Both the position numbers and the translations under genes were made by a program. DNA of 32,000 bases from Erysipelothrix larvae (GTDB lineage Bacteria; Bacillota_I; Bacilli_A; Erysipelotrichales; Erysipelotrichaceae), in the NCBI RefSeq assembly GCF_001545095.1, contig NZ_CP013213.1, forward strand, positions 1,650,001-1,682,000. The letters are read 5' to 3'. Numbering within the stretch: the stretch's first letter is position 1; every line of letters begins with the position of its first letter. Below the pieces are notes generated by a model, which saw only the letters and a program-made list of their open reading frames with translations, made no database searches and was not told where the DNA came from. Positions 18,290 through 29,515 of the stretch are shown here, piece by piece.

Positions 18290-18344
18290 CTTACGCATAA
18301 AAATGGTTATCGACTCAAGGTGTGATAACCATTTTATGCGTAAG
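18290..18344. repeat. Long inverted repeat (arms 22/21 nt, one bulged A, 12-nt loop) starting 5 nt after the pyrD stop
   Basis: CTTACGCATAAAAATGGTTATC (18290-18311) pairs with GATAACCATTTTATGCGTAAG (18324-18344). No U-tract directly follows on the minus strand; the nearest T-run is ~14 nt away. Confidence 0.8.
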
Positions 18345-18349
18345 GGTGA

Positions 18350-20016
<1,667 letters not shown>

Positions 20017-20021
20017 ATGCC

Positions 20022-23000
20022 TTATCCAATCCTTTCCAGTGAGAAGTTTGAATTTTTAATGACGTTGGTAATGGCGCGTGCGGTATCCAGTGAGGTAAAC
20101 AGTGGAATGCGGTATTCGATGGATGCTTTACGGATTCTAAAGCCATCGCTATTGGCTGTTTTATCTTCACCAATGGTGTTCACAACCATCGCAATATCCC
20201 CGTTTTTCATGGTTTGCACGATATCAAGGCCTTCGCTGAGTTTTTCAATGCGTTGGACATATAAGCCTGCACGCTCAAGGCAATCTGCAGTACCATGGGT
20301 TGCGATTAAATCAAAGCCACATTGAACGAGGTCTTTCGCAATGTCCACAACCTCTTCTTTATTGTGATCATCAACGGTCACAAACACTTTGCCATATTCT
20401 GGAATGTGCATACCACTTGCCACAAAGGCTTTGTATAATGCTTTTTCTAATGAGGTGTCACTTCCCATAACTTCACCCGTTGATTTCATTTCAGGTCCTA
20501 AAATCGCATCCACTTGGTCTAGTTTTCCAAAAGAGAAGACCGGTGCTTTCACACTGATGCGTGAGGGAGCTTTGACTAAGCCACCAACATATCCTTGATC
20601 AACAAGGCTTTCACCTAAGATAATGCGGGTTGCGACTTGGGCCATGGGAATATTGGTAATCTTGCTTAAAAATGGCACGGTACGGCTTGCGCGTGGGTTG
20701 ACTTCAATGACATACACTTCTTGATCACAAATGATATATTGGACGTTCATAATCCCAATGCAATTAAGGCCAATCGCCAGTTTTTGGGTGATTTCCACAA
20801 TCTTATCTTGAATCTCTGGACTTAGGTTTTGAGGTGGGTAGATGGCCATGGAATCGCCTGAGTGAACGCCAGAGCGTTCAATGTGTTCCATGATGCCTGG
20901 AATTAATACGGTTGTGCCATCACATAGGGCATCCACATCGCATTCAACCCCTTGGATATAACGGTCAATTAAGACGGGGTGTTGGTCAGATGCTTTCACC
21001 GCTTTACGCATGTAGTTTTCAAGTTCTTGGGTATTGGAAACAATTTGCATCGCACGTCCTCCCAACACATAACTCGGACGAACAAGTGCTGGGTAGCCAA
21101 TTGAATCTGCAATATGAATTGCTTCTTGTGTGGAACGGGCAGTACCCCCTTTTGGTCGTTCAATGTTTAGAGATGTAAGGACCGCTTCAAATCGGTCACG
21201 ATCTTCAGCGCGGTCTAAATCATCAAAGCGTGTTCCAATTAGAGTCACCCCATTTTCTTCTAAGACTTGGGCAAGGTTGATGGCGGTTTGTCCACCAAAC
21301 TGTACAATGACACCCATTGGGTCTTCCAGTTTAATAATTTCCAAGACATCTTCTGCTGTGAGGGGTTCAAAGTACAACTTATCCGCAACAGAGAAGTCAG
21401 TGGATACCGTTTCTGGATTTGAGTTAATCACAATGGCTTCATAGCCCATCGCTTGAATGGCACGCACTGAGTGTACGGTTGCATAGTCAAACTCAATCCC
21501 TTGACCAATACGAATTGGGCCACTGCCTAGGACTACAACTTTCTTACGATCACTTTTTTCACTTTCATTTTCTTCTTCATAGGTTGAATAGAAATATGGG
21601 GTTGAGGATTCAAACTCACCGGCACAGGTATCTACCATCTTAAAGACAGGATGACACCCGATTTGGTGGCGGCGATCTCGAATGCTTTTTTCATCGGTAT
21701 TGTGAGTGTGGGCGATGGTTTGATCGTGAAAGCCATAAAACTTCGCATTCCAAAGAGCTGCATCGCTGGTGTCGTGTTTTAATTGGGTTTCAATGTCTAA
21801 AATGTGACGCACTTTATCAAGGAAGAATAAATCAATCTTGGTAAAGGCATGAATTTCTTCATCACTAAGACCGCGTTTCATTGCTTCATAAATCACAAAG
21901 AGTCGATCATCTTGGGCATGAATGAGTTGGTGCATAATTTCTGATTCACTCAAGGCTTCATGTTCTTTCATGGATAAATGCATGCATCCAATTTCAAGGG
22001 AACGGACTGCTTTTAAAAGCGAGCTTTCAAGGGAACGTCCCATCGCCATGACTTCACCGGTTGCTTTCATTTGAGTTCCAAGGCGTCTTGCGCCATCTTC
22101 AAACTTATCAAAAGGCCAGCGTGGAATTTTCGAAACGACATAATCCAATGCGGGTTCAAATTGCGCATAGGTTGTCTTGGTTACCGGGTTGATCATTTCA
22201 TCCAGTGAAATGCCGACTGCAATCTTTGCGGCGATTTTCGCGATTGGGTATCCGGTTGCTTTTGAAGCAAGGGCTGAGGAGCGTGATACACGTGGGTTTA
22301 CTTCAATGATGTAATATTTGTAGCTGTCTTGATCCAGGGCTAATTGCACATTACAACCCCCTTCAATCTTTAAAGCACGAATAATTTTAAGGGAGGCATC
22401 TCGAAGCATTTGGACTTCCACATCCGTCAACGTTTGAACTGGTGCAAAGACGATGGAGTCACCGGTATGAATGCCTACGGGGTCAAAGTTTTCCATATTA
22501 CATACAACGATTGCATTGTCATGGTGATCACGCATCACTTCAAACTCAATTTCTTTATATCCAGCGATGCTTCGCTCAACAAGACATTGGTTTACTGGGG
22601 ACAAAGCCAATCCTGCAGATACAATTTTAATGAGTTGGTCTTCATCATCACACATACCACCCCCCGTTCCTCCTAAGGTAAAGGCGGGGCGTACAATGAG
22701 GGGAAATCCAATCGTTTTAGAGAAGGCGACAGCCGCTTCAACGGTATGCACAATCTCGCTTTCGGGAATGGGTTCTTGAATGGTTTCCATCAGATGTTTA
22801 AAGGCTTCGCGGTCTTCCGCTTGTTTAATCGCACTGATGGGTGTTCCTAAGAGTTCAATGTTGAGTTTTTGAAGAAAGCCACTTTCATCAAGTTCCATCG
22901 CTAAATTAAGACCGGTTTGTCCCCCCAAGGTTGGTAAGATTGCATCGGGTCTTTCTTTACGACAAATGGATTCAAGAAATGCAGGGGTTAAGGGTTCAAT

Positions 23001-23195
23001 ATAGACACGATCTGCACTTTCTTTATCCGTCATGATGGTTGCGGGGTTGGAGTTGACTAAGATGACTTCATAGCCTTCTTCACGAAGCGCATAACATGCT
23101 TGGGTTCCAGCGTAGTCAAATTCTGCTGCTTGACCAATGACGATTGGTCCTGAACCAATCACCATAATTTTCTTTAAATCTGTTCTTTTTGGCAT
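20022..23195 (-). CDS. carB: Carbamoyl-phosphate synthase large subunit
   Basis: 1057 aa. Duplicated ATP-grasp halves ([24 protein letters not shown] and [23 protein letters not shown]) and an MGS-like C-terminal domain. Confidence 0.96.
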   Translation of the reverse strand: MPKRTDLKKIMVIGSGPIVIGQAAEFDYAGTQACYALREEGYEVILVNSNPATIMTDKESADRVYIEPLTPAFLESICRKERPDAILPTLGGQTGLNLAMELDESGFLQKLNIELLGTPISAIKQAEDREAFKHLMETIQEPIPESEIVHTVEAAVAFSKTIGFPLIVRPAFTLGGTGGGMCDDEDQLIKIVSAGLALSPVNQCLVERSIAGYKEIEFEVMRDHHDNAIVVCNMENFDPVGIHTGDSIVFAPVQTLTDVEVQMLRDASLKIIRALKIEGGCNVQLALDQDSYKYYIIEVNPRVSRSSALASKATGYPIAKIAAKIAVGISLDEMINPVTKTTYAQFEPALDYVVSKIPRWPFDKFEDGARRLGTQMKATGEVMAMGRSLESSLLKAVRSLEIGCMHLSMKEHEALSESEIMHQLIHAQDDRLFVIYEAMKRGLSDEEIHAFTKIDLFFLDKVRHILDIETQLKHDTSDAALWNAKFYGFHDQTIAHTHNTDEKSIRDRRHQIGCHPVFKMVDTCAGEFESSTPYFYSTYEEENESEKSDRKKVVVLGSGPIRIGQGIEFDYATVHSVRAIQAMGYEAIVINSNPETVSTDFSVADKLYFEPLTAEDVLEIIKLEDPMGVIVQFGGQTAINLAQVLEENGVTLIGTRFDDLDRAEDRDRFEAVLTSLNIERPKGGTARSTQEAIHIADSIGYPALVRPSYVLGGRAMQIVSNTQELENYMRKAVKASDQHPVLIDRYIQGVECDVDALCDGTTVLIPGIMEHIERSGVHSGDSMAIYPPQNLSPEIQDKIVEITQKLAIGLNCIGIMNVQYIICDQEVYVIEVNPRASRTVPFLSKITNIPMAQVATRIILGESLVDQGYVGGLVKAPSRISVKAPVFSFGKLDQVDAILGPEMKSTGEVMGSDTSLEKALYKAFVASGMHIPEYGKVFVTVDDHNKEEVVDIAKDLVQCGFDLIATHGTADCLERAGLYVQRIEKLSEGLDIVQTMKNGDIAMVVNTIGEDKTANSDGFRIRKASIEYRIPLFTSLDTARAITNVIKNSNFSLERIG

Positions 23196-24277
23196 GTTTT
23201 CGTCTCCTTAAAGCGGTCCATGAGTTCAATAAAGTCATCGAAGAGTGCACTGGCATCATGGGGACCGGGTGCTGCGTCGGGGTGAAATTGTACACTGAAG
23301 GATGGATGGTGGCGATGGCGAATGCCTTCTACACTTAAGTCGTTGATTTCTTTATGGGTAATCATGAGTTGTGTTTGGTCTACGGATGCTTCATCAACCG
23401 CATACCCGTGGTTTTGTGAGGTGAACATAATGGAGCCACTTGCGATTTCACGCACGGGGTGATTAAACCCACGGTGTCCAAATTTCATTTTAAAGGTATC
23501 ACAGCCATAGGCTTTGGATAAGAGTTGATGGCCCATGCAAATCCCAAAGATGGGAAGTTTCCCCACCAATCCTTGAATTTCTTTTACAGCATCTTCCATG
23601 TCTTTTGGATCCCCTGGACCATTGGTTAACATGACACCATCGGGTCTTAAATTCAAAATGGTTTGGGCTGAAGTATTATAAGGGACCACCGTGACATCAC
23701 ATTGACGTTTTGAGAGTTCTCTTAAAATAGAGTGCTTCAATCCATAATCAATGACCACCACTTTATGCCCACTGTTTGGATTTGGATAGGCACTTGCAGT
23801 TGAGACTTGTGCAATAATATCGCGCGGTGCTTCATAGGCTTTGACGCGTTTTAGTTCATCCCCTGTGATTTGGTCTTCATCGATAATCATGGCTTTCATG
23901 ACCCCTAGGGTACGTAATTTTCGCACGAGTTTTCGCGTATCAATCCCCGATAATCCGACAATGCCTTTTTGTTTAAGGTATTCATCAAGACTCATCACAC
24001 TGCGCCAGTTACTGCCCTTTTTTGCATAATCACGACAAATCATGCCTAAGCATCCTGGCAGTAAACTTTCATCATCATCGCGGTTAATCCCTGCATTGCC
24101 GATTAAGGGATAGGTAAAAGTTACAATTTGATTTTGAAAGGAAAGGTCTGTGAGTGTTTCTTGGTATCCACTCATCCCTGTTGAGAAGACCAGTTCACCA
24201 ATGATTGTGTCGCTGTGTCCAAACCCTTCTCCGATAAATTGAGTGCCATCTTCACAAATTAGAAATCTACGATTCAT
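23174..24277 (-). CDS. carA: Carbamoyl-phosphate synthase small (glutaminase) subunit
   Basis: GATase triad motifs GICMGHQLL and QFHPDA. I prefer ATG 24277 ([11 protein letters not shown]), 8 nt after AGGGAG, over the track's GTG at 24283. Confidence 0.93.
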   Translation of the reverse strand: MNRRFLICEDGTQFIGEGFGHSDTIIGELVFSTGMSGYQETLTDLSFQNQIVTFTYPLIGNAGINRDDDESLLPGCLGMICRDYAKKGSNWRSVMSLDEYLKQKGIVGLSGIDTRKLVRKLRTLGVMKAMIIDEDQITGDELKRVKAYEAPRDIIAQVSTASAYPNPNSGHKVVVIDYGLKHSILRELSKRQCDVTVVPYNTSAQTILNLRPDGVMLTNGPGDPKDMEDAVKEIQGLVGKLPIFGICMGHQLLSKAYGCDTFKMKFGHRGFNHPVREIASGSIMFTSQNHGYAVDEASVDQTQLMITHKEINDLSVEGIRHRHHPSFSVQFHPDAAPGPHDASALFDDFIELMDRFKETKTCQKEQI

Positions 24278-25535
24278 ATACACAACTCCCTTTCACAAAT
24301 GTTTTTTTGATTGTTCCATAGACCGTGGTTCCAATAAACGGTGTATTTGATGATTTTGATCCTTTGGGTGCTTCAAGTGCACTTTTTTGATTGAGATCAA
24401 CCAGCACCATATCACACACTGCACCCACTTCGAGTACCCCACAATCCAATCCAAAGGTTTGGGCGGGTTTGGTACTCATAAATTCAATGAGTTGGTGTAA
24501 GGTCATCACCCCAGGTTTCACAAAGTATGAATACATCAAAGGGAAGGCAGTCTCAAGACCTACAATCCCAAATGGTGATGTCATAAATCCGCCTGACTTT
24601 TCCTCGTGGGTATGGGGTGCATGGTCGGTTGCGATAAAGTCAAGTGTTCCATCCAGAAGTCCTTTAATCAGGGCGTTTTGATCGCGTTTTGATCGTAAAG
24701 GCGGGTTCATTTTATAGTTTGCATCGTCTTCTTTGATGTCTTCATCCACAAGCAGTAAATGATGGGGAGTGACTTCTGCACTCACATGGACTCCCATTTT
24801 CTTACCCAGACGAATCATTTCGACACTGTCTTCATCGGATACATGGCATACATGATAGTGAACGCCTGTTTTCTTTGCCAGTAAGATATCACGGGCTATT
24901 TGGGTGGACTCTGTGAGTCCTAACATACCCGGAAGTCCCAGTTTCTTGTTTTGGATGCCTTCATGCATTACACCCCCAAAAAGTAAGGAGTCATCTTCAG
25001 TATGGGCTACGAGGGGAAGTCCGACGCGTTTGGCTTCTAACATCGCGCGATACATCACCCCTGCTTCTTGAACCCCTACACCATCATTGGTCAGAGCGAA
25101 GCATCCCGCTTCTTTTAAGGCTTCAAAATCAGTGAGTTCCTGTGATCTTAACCCTTTTGTGATGGCTGCATACGATAAAACATTGACGCATGCATCCCGT
25201 CTTGCAATCGCATTGACGCGCTCTAAGGTTTCTTTTGAATCGATTACAGGATTGGTATTAGGCATGGCACATACGGTTGTGAAGCCCCCCATCGCAGCAC
25301 TGAGTGCGCCTGTTTTAATGGTTTCTTTGGCTTCAAAACCGGGTTCTCTAAAGTGAACATGCACATCCACAAACCCAGGCAGTGCGACACACCCTTGACC
25401 ATCGATGAGGGTTGCATCCTGTGTGGATACTTGGTCTCCAATCGCTTCGATTCGACCGTTATTAATGCGAATTTCTTGCGGTATTAATTCATTGTCTTTG
25501 GTGTTGATCTTTATATTTTGTATAACTGTAATCAT
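24267..25535 (-). CDS. pyrC: Dihydroorotase
   Basis: 422 aa. Metal ligands DVHVHFREPG and ATDHAPH. ATGA overlap with the pyrB stop and a strong SD (AAGGGAGG). Confidence 0.94.
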   Translation of the reverse strand: MITVIQNIKINTKDNELIPQEIRINNGRIEAIGDQVSTQDATLIDGQGCVALPGFVDVHVHFREPGFEAKETIKTGALSAAMGGFTTVCAMPNTNPVIDSKETLERVNAIARRDACVNVLSYAAITKGLRSQELTDFEALKEAGCFALTNDGVGVQEAGVMYRAMLEAKRVGLPLVAHTEDDSLLFGGVMHEGIQNKKLGLPGMLGLTESTQIARDILLAKKTGVHYHVCHVSDEDSVEMIRLGKKMGVHVSAEVTPHHLLLVDEDIKEDDANYKMNPPLRSKRDQNALIKGLLDGTLDFIATDHAPHTHEEKSGGFMTSPFGIVGLETAFPLMYSYFVKPGVMTLHQLIEFMSTKPAQTFGLDCGVLEVGAVCDMVLVDLNQKSALEAPKGSKSSNTPFIGTTVYGTIKKTFVKGSCVYES

Positions 25536-26428
25536 TGTGTCCTCCCTTTTGTTATGGCTTCAAGTATTGCGATGCGTGTATAAACCCCATTTCGCATTTG
25601 ATCAACAATGCGTGAGTGTTGACTGATAACCAAATCACTGTCAATCTCGACCCCGCGATTTACCGGTGCTGGATGCATAATGATTGCGGATGCTTTGAGT
25701 TTTTTGGCCATCTCTTGTGTCAGACCATAATGGTTGTGATAGTCTTCAATATAAACATCAGAGTGGCGCTCATTTTGAACACGCAGTAGCATGACCACAT
25801 CAACCGTTTGTATTACAGATTTCAAATCCACAACCGGTCCATATTGATCCATGGTTTCATCCATGAACTGTGGTGGTCCAAAAAAGCTGACGTTTGCACC
25901 AAGGCGTGTCAGTAAGCGTGCATTTGAATGGGCAACCCGTGAGTGTTTCACATCCCCTACAATCACGACATTGAGGTCTTTAAAGGTGTTGAATTCTTCG
26001 TAAATTGTCATCATATCAAGCATGCATTGGGTTGGATGTTCTCCAGCACCATCACCGGCATTGATAATGGAAATATTCATGGTGGGACAGTTCATGATTT
26101 CATGAAAGAATCCTTCTTCTGAACAGCGTACCACCGCAATATCTACGCCAATGGCATCCATGGTCAACAGGGTATCAAAGAGTGATTCTCCTTTGGATAT
26201 GGAACTGGTTGAGGCATTGAATGGGATGACGCTCATCCCACATTTTCGTTGCGCCATTTCGAAACTAGTTTGAGTACGTGTGCTGTTTTCAAAGAAACAA
26301 TTCACGGCGGTAAGATTTGATTGGATTGGGGATACATTTCCTGCCTTTAAATCGCACGCACGGTGAATAAGTCCATAAACGTCTTCATCAGATAATGTAT
26401 CACAACTTGTAAAGTGTTTGAGTTGCAT
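25532..26428 (-). CDS. pyrB: Aspartate carbamoyltransferase catalytic chain
   Basis: 298 aa. STRTQTSFE (carbamoyl-phosphate site) and MHPAPVNRG motifs. SD AAGGAG. Confidence 0.94.
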   Translation of the reverse strand: MQLKHFTSCDTLSDEDVYGLIHRACDLKAGNVSPIQSNLTAVNCFFENSTRTQTSFEMAQRKCGMSVIPFNASTSSISKGESLFDTLLTMDAIGVDIAVVRCSEEGFFHEIMNCPTMNISIINAGDGAGEHPTQCMLDMMTIYEEFNTFKDLNVVIVGDVKHSRVAHSNARLLTRLGANVSFFGPPQFMDETMDQYGPVVDLKSVIQTVDVVMLLRVQNERHSDVYIEDYHNHYGLTQEMAKKLKASAIIMHPAPVNRGVEIDSDLVISQHSRIVDQMRNGVYTRIAILEAITKGRTQ

Positions 26429-26443
26429 GTGTGTTTCTCCTTA

Positions 26444-26512
26444 TAAAAAAACTCCTTACTGTGAAGTAAAGAGCTAATCATTAAAATGACCACCTTCTTT
26501 GCCTCACAGGAC
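26444..26512 (-). promoter_or_regulatory. PyrR-dependent transcription attenuator 2 (pyrR-pyrB spacer)
   Basis: Minus strand has UUUG-UCCUGUGAGG-CAAA (26501-26512 core), a variant of the PyrR binding loop UCCAGAGAGG. It is followed by terminator CUCUUUACU-UCAC-AGUAAGGAG plus UUUUUUU (26444-26473). Confidence 0.75.
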
Positions 26513-26535
26513 AAAATTAAAGCTGAATCAATGGC

Positions 26536-27180
<645 letters not shown>

Positions 27181-27201
27181 TTAAAGGACTTTTCTAAAAC
27201 C

Positions 27202-27230
27202 ATAATACAGTGTAGGGAGATTGAAGTCAA
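27202..27230 (-). promoter_or_regulatory. pyr operon promoter: -35 TTGACT, 17 nt, -10 TATTAT
   Basis: Read on the minus strand (TTGACT 27230-27225, TATTAT 27207-27202), ~25 nt upstream of the PyrR binding loop. Confidence 0.7.
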
Positions 27231-27292
27231 TGTTTCAGACCAACTTCATTGTTTTTTTTGTGCTTAATCGCTTGATTGTGGTTCCCTTTGAT

Positions 27293-27560
27293 TCATGGTG
27301 TTGTGAAATCTTTCATGATTGTGAGTGCCTTTGTGGCATCCAAACTGTCTTTTAAGGTGAAGCCATGGTTTGCTTGATCAAAAATATGTCAAGATACCGA
27401 TACCCCCGCATGATCAAGATATGCTGCGTAGGCGTGCTTTTCTTCATATAATGAATCCTGTCTTGCAAGGATGATGCGTGTGGGAGGAGGTCTTTGATCC
27501 GATCTTTGGGTGCATAGATTGGGATGCGCGTGGATTTTTACTATGATGTTGGTTTTTTCA
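27293..27560 (-). pseudogene. Decayed remnant of an alpha/beta-hydrolase (Aes / hormone-sensitive-lipase-like esterase): only the C-terminal ~85 codons, with frameshift and in-frame TGA
   Basis: My translation: AAGGAG-N9-ATG gives MKKPTS, then stop. The +2 frame reads KTNIIVKIHAHPNLCTQRSDQRPPPTRIILARQDSLYEEKHAYAAYLDHAGVSVS-TGA-HIFDQANHGFTLKDSLDATKALTIMKDFTTP-stop. The PPT.II....D......Y...L...GV.V....F....HGF pattern is the Asp/His end of the esterase fold. No GxSxG nucleophile region is present. Confidence 0.65.
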
Positions 27561-27621
27561 TGATCTTAAAACTCCTTGATTCAATAGATACGATCTTATC
27601 ATTGATGGATGGGAATTTAAA

Positions 27622-27650
27622 CAAAAGAAAAACCCGTAACATGTACGGGC
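27622..27650 (-). terminator. Intrinsic terminator of the cupin gene
   Basis: Minus strand CCCGUA-CAUGU-UACGGG followed by UUUUUCUUUUG, 8 nt after the stop. Confidence 0.75.
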
Positions 27651-27657
27651 ACTCCTG

Positions 27658-28056
27658 TTATTTCATCCACGATGCTTTTGATTCACTCATCACACCATCG
27701 TGTTCTGTTGACTGGGTTAAGCTTCCGCTTTGTGCTTGAATGCAGATGTAAACTAAATCTGCATCACCGGCTTTGATTGCACGCTGTCCTTTTGGAGACA
27801 CACGGATGACGCTTCCTTCTTTGATTTCAAACTCATCCGCATCAACCATAAACATACCTTCTCCTTGTAGGATGATATAGACTTCTTCATTTAGGGTATG
27901 CGAATGCACAAAGGGTGTAAAATCCCCCGCCTTAACATAGTTGAATGATATTTCCGTACCGGTAAGCCCTAACGCTTCCTTTGACATAACCCGTCCTTTT
28001 TCTTTTAGGTCGTGTCCAAATGTTCCAAGTTCCATTCTATTATAATTCGTTGTCAT
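27658..28056 (-). CDS. Cupin-domain protein (small, single cupin barrel)
   Basis: 132 aa. Cupin motif 1 is GDFTPFVHSHTLNEEVYIILQG (G-x6-HxH-x3-E-x7-G in this copy, with EE at the Glu position, a close variant of the canonical spacing). A partial motif 2 is GSVIRVSPKG. SD AAGGAGG. Confidence 0.75.
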   Translation of the reverse strand: MTTNYNRMELGTFGHDLKEKGRVMSKEALGLTGTEISFNYVKAGDFTPFVHSHTLNEEVYIILQGEGMFMVDADEFEIKEGSVIRVSPKGQRAIKAGDADLVYICIQAQSGSLTQSTEHDGVMSESKASWMK

Positions 28057-28071
28057 GTGACGTCCTCCTTT

Positions 28072-28125
28072 GATGTAGCGTCAATTCCTACATCTTAATT
28101 GTAGCTCATTTTGATGTGTTGTCAA
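28072..28125 (-). promoter_or_regulatory. Cupin-gene promoter (TTGACA-16-TACAAT) with inverted repeat GATGTAG-N9-CTACATC at the predicted start site (candidate Rrf2 operator)
   Basis: Minus strand: TTGACA 28125-28120 and TACAAT 28103-28098. The inverted repeat is at 28072-28094, beginning ~4 nt after the -10. Confidence 0.6.
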
Positions 28126-28189
28126 TCCTAATCTTGTCTTGTCTAAACATTCTATGATAAACTAGCCATACATATAAGGGGTGATTATA

Positions 28190-28627
28190 ATGCGTATCAG
28201 TGTGAAGTGTTCTACTGCAGTCCATGTGCTCTTAATGATTGCGACACTTGAATCTAAAGAAAAAGTAACCAGTGATTTATTGGCCAAAAGTGTGGGTCGT
28301 AATCCTGTTGAGATTCGAAAATTATTAAGCAGCCTAAAAAAAGCTGGCATCATCGATGTCATGCGTGGAACAGGTGGTGCAACGTTGATACACGATCCAA
28401 AGACCCTAACACTGTTCGATATATTCAGTGCTGTTGACCCCACTTCCCTTGATGAACTCATAGGTGTTCACCAACATCCTGAAAAAGAGTGTCCAATAGG
28501 GAAAAACATCAACACAATTCTTGAAGAACCGTATCAAGACATTGCGAATACACTGCGTGATACCATGTCAAAGATTACCCTTGAGTCGCTGGTGAATAAA
28601 CTCAAAGCAATTGAACCTGAGCTTTAG
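28190..28627 (+). CDS. Rrf2-family transcriptional regulator (YwnA-like, no Fe-S cysteine triad)
   Basis: MRISVKCSTAVHVLLMIA N-terminus, wHTH region LLAKSVGRNPVEIRKLLSSLKKAGII, and a single C-terminal Cys (EKECPIGKNI), colinear with B. subtilis YwnA as I recall it. The ATG 28190 start follows AAGGGGTG. The track ORF begins at an upstream GTG. Confidence 0.8.
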   Translation: MRISVKCSTAVHVLLMIATLESKEKVTSDLLAKSVGRNPVEIRKLLSSLKKAGIIDVMRGTGGATLIHDPKTLTLFDIFSAVDPTSLDELIGVHQHPEKECPIGKNINTILEEPYQDIANTLRDTMSKITLESLVNKLKAIEPEL

Positions 28628-28729
28628 CGTCCAAAGACGTGATGCGTTTAATATGAGTGATATTATAGTGTGCGGATGGTTTATGTCCATGATCTATCTT
28701 TTTGTGTCAAACAATGTTTTAATTTTATC

Positions 28730-28758
28730 TTGAATCTCGTTTGGTAAACTGTTATAAT
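28730..28758 (+). promoter_or_regulatory. tRNA-Leu promoter: -35 TTGAAT, 17 nt, -10 TATAAT
   Basis: Read directly. The -10 ends 18 nt before the mature tRNA 5' end. Confidence 0.7.
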
Positions 28759-28776
28759 TACAAAGCAAAAAGAAAT

Positions 28777-28861
28777 GCACCTGTGGCGGAATAGGTAGAC
28801 GCGCACGCTTGAGGGGCGTGTGAAGCAATTCGTAAGAGTTCAAATCTCTTCAGGTGCACCA
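28777..28861 (+). tRNA. tRNA-Leu (anticodon GAG), class II, CCA encoded
   Basis: Hand-folded. Acceptor GCACCUG/CAGGUGC, D-arm GCG/CGC with a GG loop, anticodon stem CACGC/GCGUG with loop UUGAGGG (U33, GAG, G37), a 13-nt variable arm, T-arm AAGAG-UUCAAAU-CUCUU, discriminator A, CCA. 85 nt. Confidence 0.9.
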
Positions 28862-28872
28862 AATGACATCAG

Positions 28873-28898
28873 ACCTACGATAAAACGTAGGTTTTTTT
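28873..28898 (+). terminator. Intrinsic terminator after tRNA-Leu
   Basis: ACCUACG-AUAAAA-CGUAGGU followed by UUUUUU. Confidence 0.8.
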
Positions 28899-28964
28899 AT
28901 TACCCAAATGTCTCGACTTAACATCATACACTTCATTTTTATGTGATTGATACTTTTCACAAAC

Positions 28965-28989
28965 AAAAAAGATCCTCATCATGAAGATC
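28965..28989 (-). terminator. Orphan minus-strand terminator-like hairpin
   Basis: Minus strand GAUCUUCA-UGA-UGAGGAUC (8 bp with one G-U pair, which is a C-A mismatch on the plus strand) followed by UUUUUU. There is no minus-strand gene upstream of it. Confidence 0.4.
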
Positions 28990-29026
28990 CGCTTTAATCG
29001 GTTCATTTTGATTCCCATTTTTACCC

Positions 29027-29056
29027 TTGACACATCCCGTGTTTCATCGTCATAAT
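29027..29056 (+). promoter_or_regulatory. lrgA operon promoter: -35 TTGACA, 18 nt, -10 CATAAT
   Basis: Read directly, ~95 nt upstream of the lrgA ATG. Confidence 0.55.
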
Positions 29057-29152
29057 TAAGAAGTACGTTTTATGAATCTGTGATTTCAAAAATCATAATT
29101 TATAAACTTAATGATATGCTGTTTTTTTGTTTTTAGAGTCCAGGAGGGGTTT

Positions 29153-29515
29153 ATGAGTATAATTGTACAGTTATCTGTGATATTTGGGTTTACATTGTTG
29201 GGGGAAGTTGTTGCAAGCACCTTACCGTTTGTCTTTCCAGGAAGTGTGATTGGACTGCTTTTATTGTATACTGCCTTAACACTAAAAATAGTGAAAATTG
29301 ACACGATCGAACCCACTGCATCCGGTTTAAAAAACAATATGGCATTCTTCTTTGTGCCACTGACAGTTGGGTTAATGGAATCGTGGACAGTGTTTCAAGA
29401 TATCATGATTCCCATTCTTGTGATTGTGTTTGTATCAACATTACTGACGCTTGTTATTAGTGCAAAGACAACCGATGCGTTGCTTGAAAAAGAAATGGAG
29501 GATGACCATGCGTGA
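29153..29515 (+). CDS. lrgA: CidA/LrgA-family holin-like membrane protein
   Basis: 120 aa from MSIIVQLSVIFGF (ATG 29153, after AGGAGGGG), with four hydrophobic helices. It is paired with and overlaps lrgB by 8 nt. The track ORF starts 14 codons earlier without an SD. Confidence 0.8.
   Translation: MSIIVQLSVIFGFTLLGEVVASTLPFVFPGSVIGLLLLYTALTLKIVKIDTIEPTASGLKNNMAFFFVPLTVGLMESWTVFQDIMIPILVIVFVSTLLTLVISAKTTDALLEKEMEDDHA

Noticed and set aside
18209-18325. 38-aa plus-strand ORF MKKFNGYGSKSPFRPFTQVSKQKHPHTLTHKNGYRLKV in the pyrD-purE spacer
   Set aside because: It has no SD or promoter, it runs through the long inverted repeat, and it lies antisense to the likely pur leader.
18036-18349. A tandem second riboswitch (ZTP/pfl or PRPP/ykkC-2b) in front of the guanine aptamer
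   Set aside because: I could not find the conserved cores of those classes as I remember them (for example a CCGCCUGGGC-like pseudoknot segment for ZTP, or the ykkC ACGR/GGGA elements). Only a covariance-model search could settle this.
27389-27391. In-frame TGA in the hydrolase remnant as evidence for TGA=Trp (genetic code 4, Mollicutes-like)
   Set aside because: TGA is demonstrably a stop here. Examples are the ATGA-coupled junctions lspA/rluD, pyrB/pyrC and lrgB/phosphatase, and the cvpA and purH stops. Reading through TGA would not restore the missing N-terminal two-thirds of the enzyme.
28162-28461. 99-aa minus-strand ORF opposite the Rrf2 gene
   Set aside because: It is antisense to a well-supported regulator CDS, has no SD, and its start would lie inside the regulator gene.
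28653-28733. 26-aa hydrophobic plus-strand ORF MSDIIVCGWFMSMIYLFVSNNVLILS (type-I-toxin-like appearance)
   Set aside because: There is no SD upstream of the ATG, it overlaps the tRNA-Leu promoter -35, and I could see no antisense RNA architecture.
28901-29026. 47-aa minus-strand ORF (MGIKMNRLKRIFMMRIFF...) between lrgA and tRNA-Leu
   Set aside because: It has a weak SD, it runs through two terminator hairpins, including the tRNA terminator on the opposite strand, and it has no promoter.
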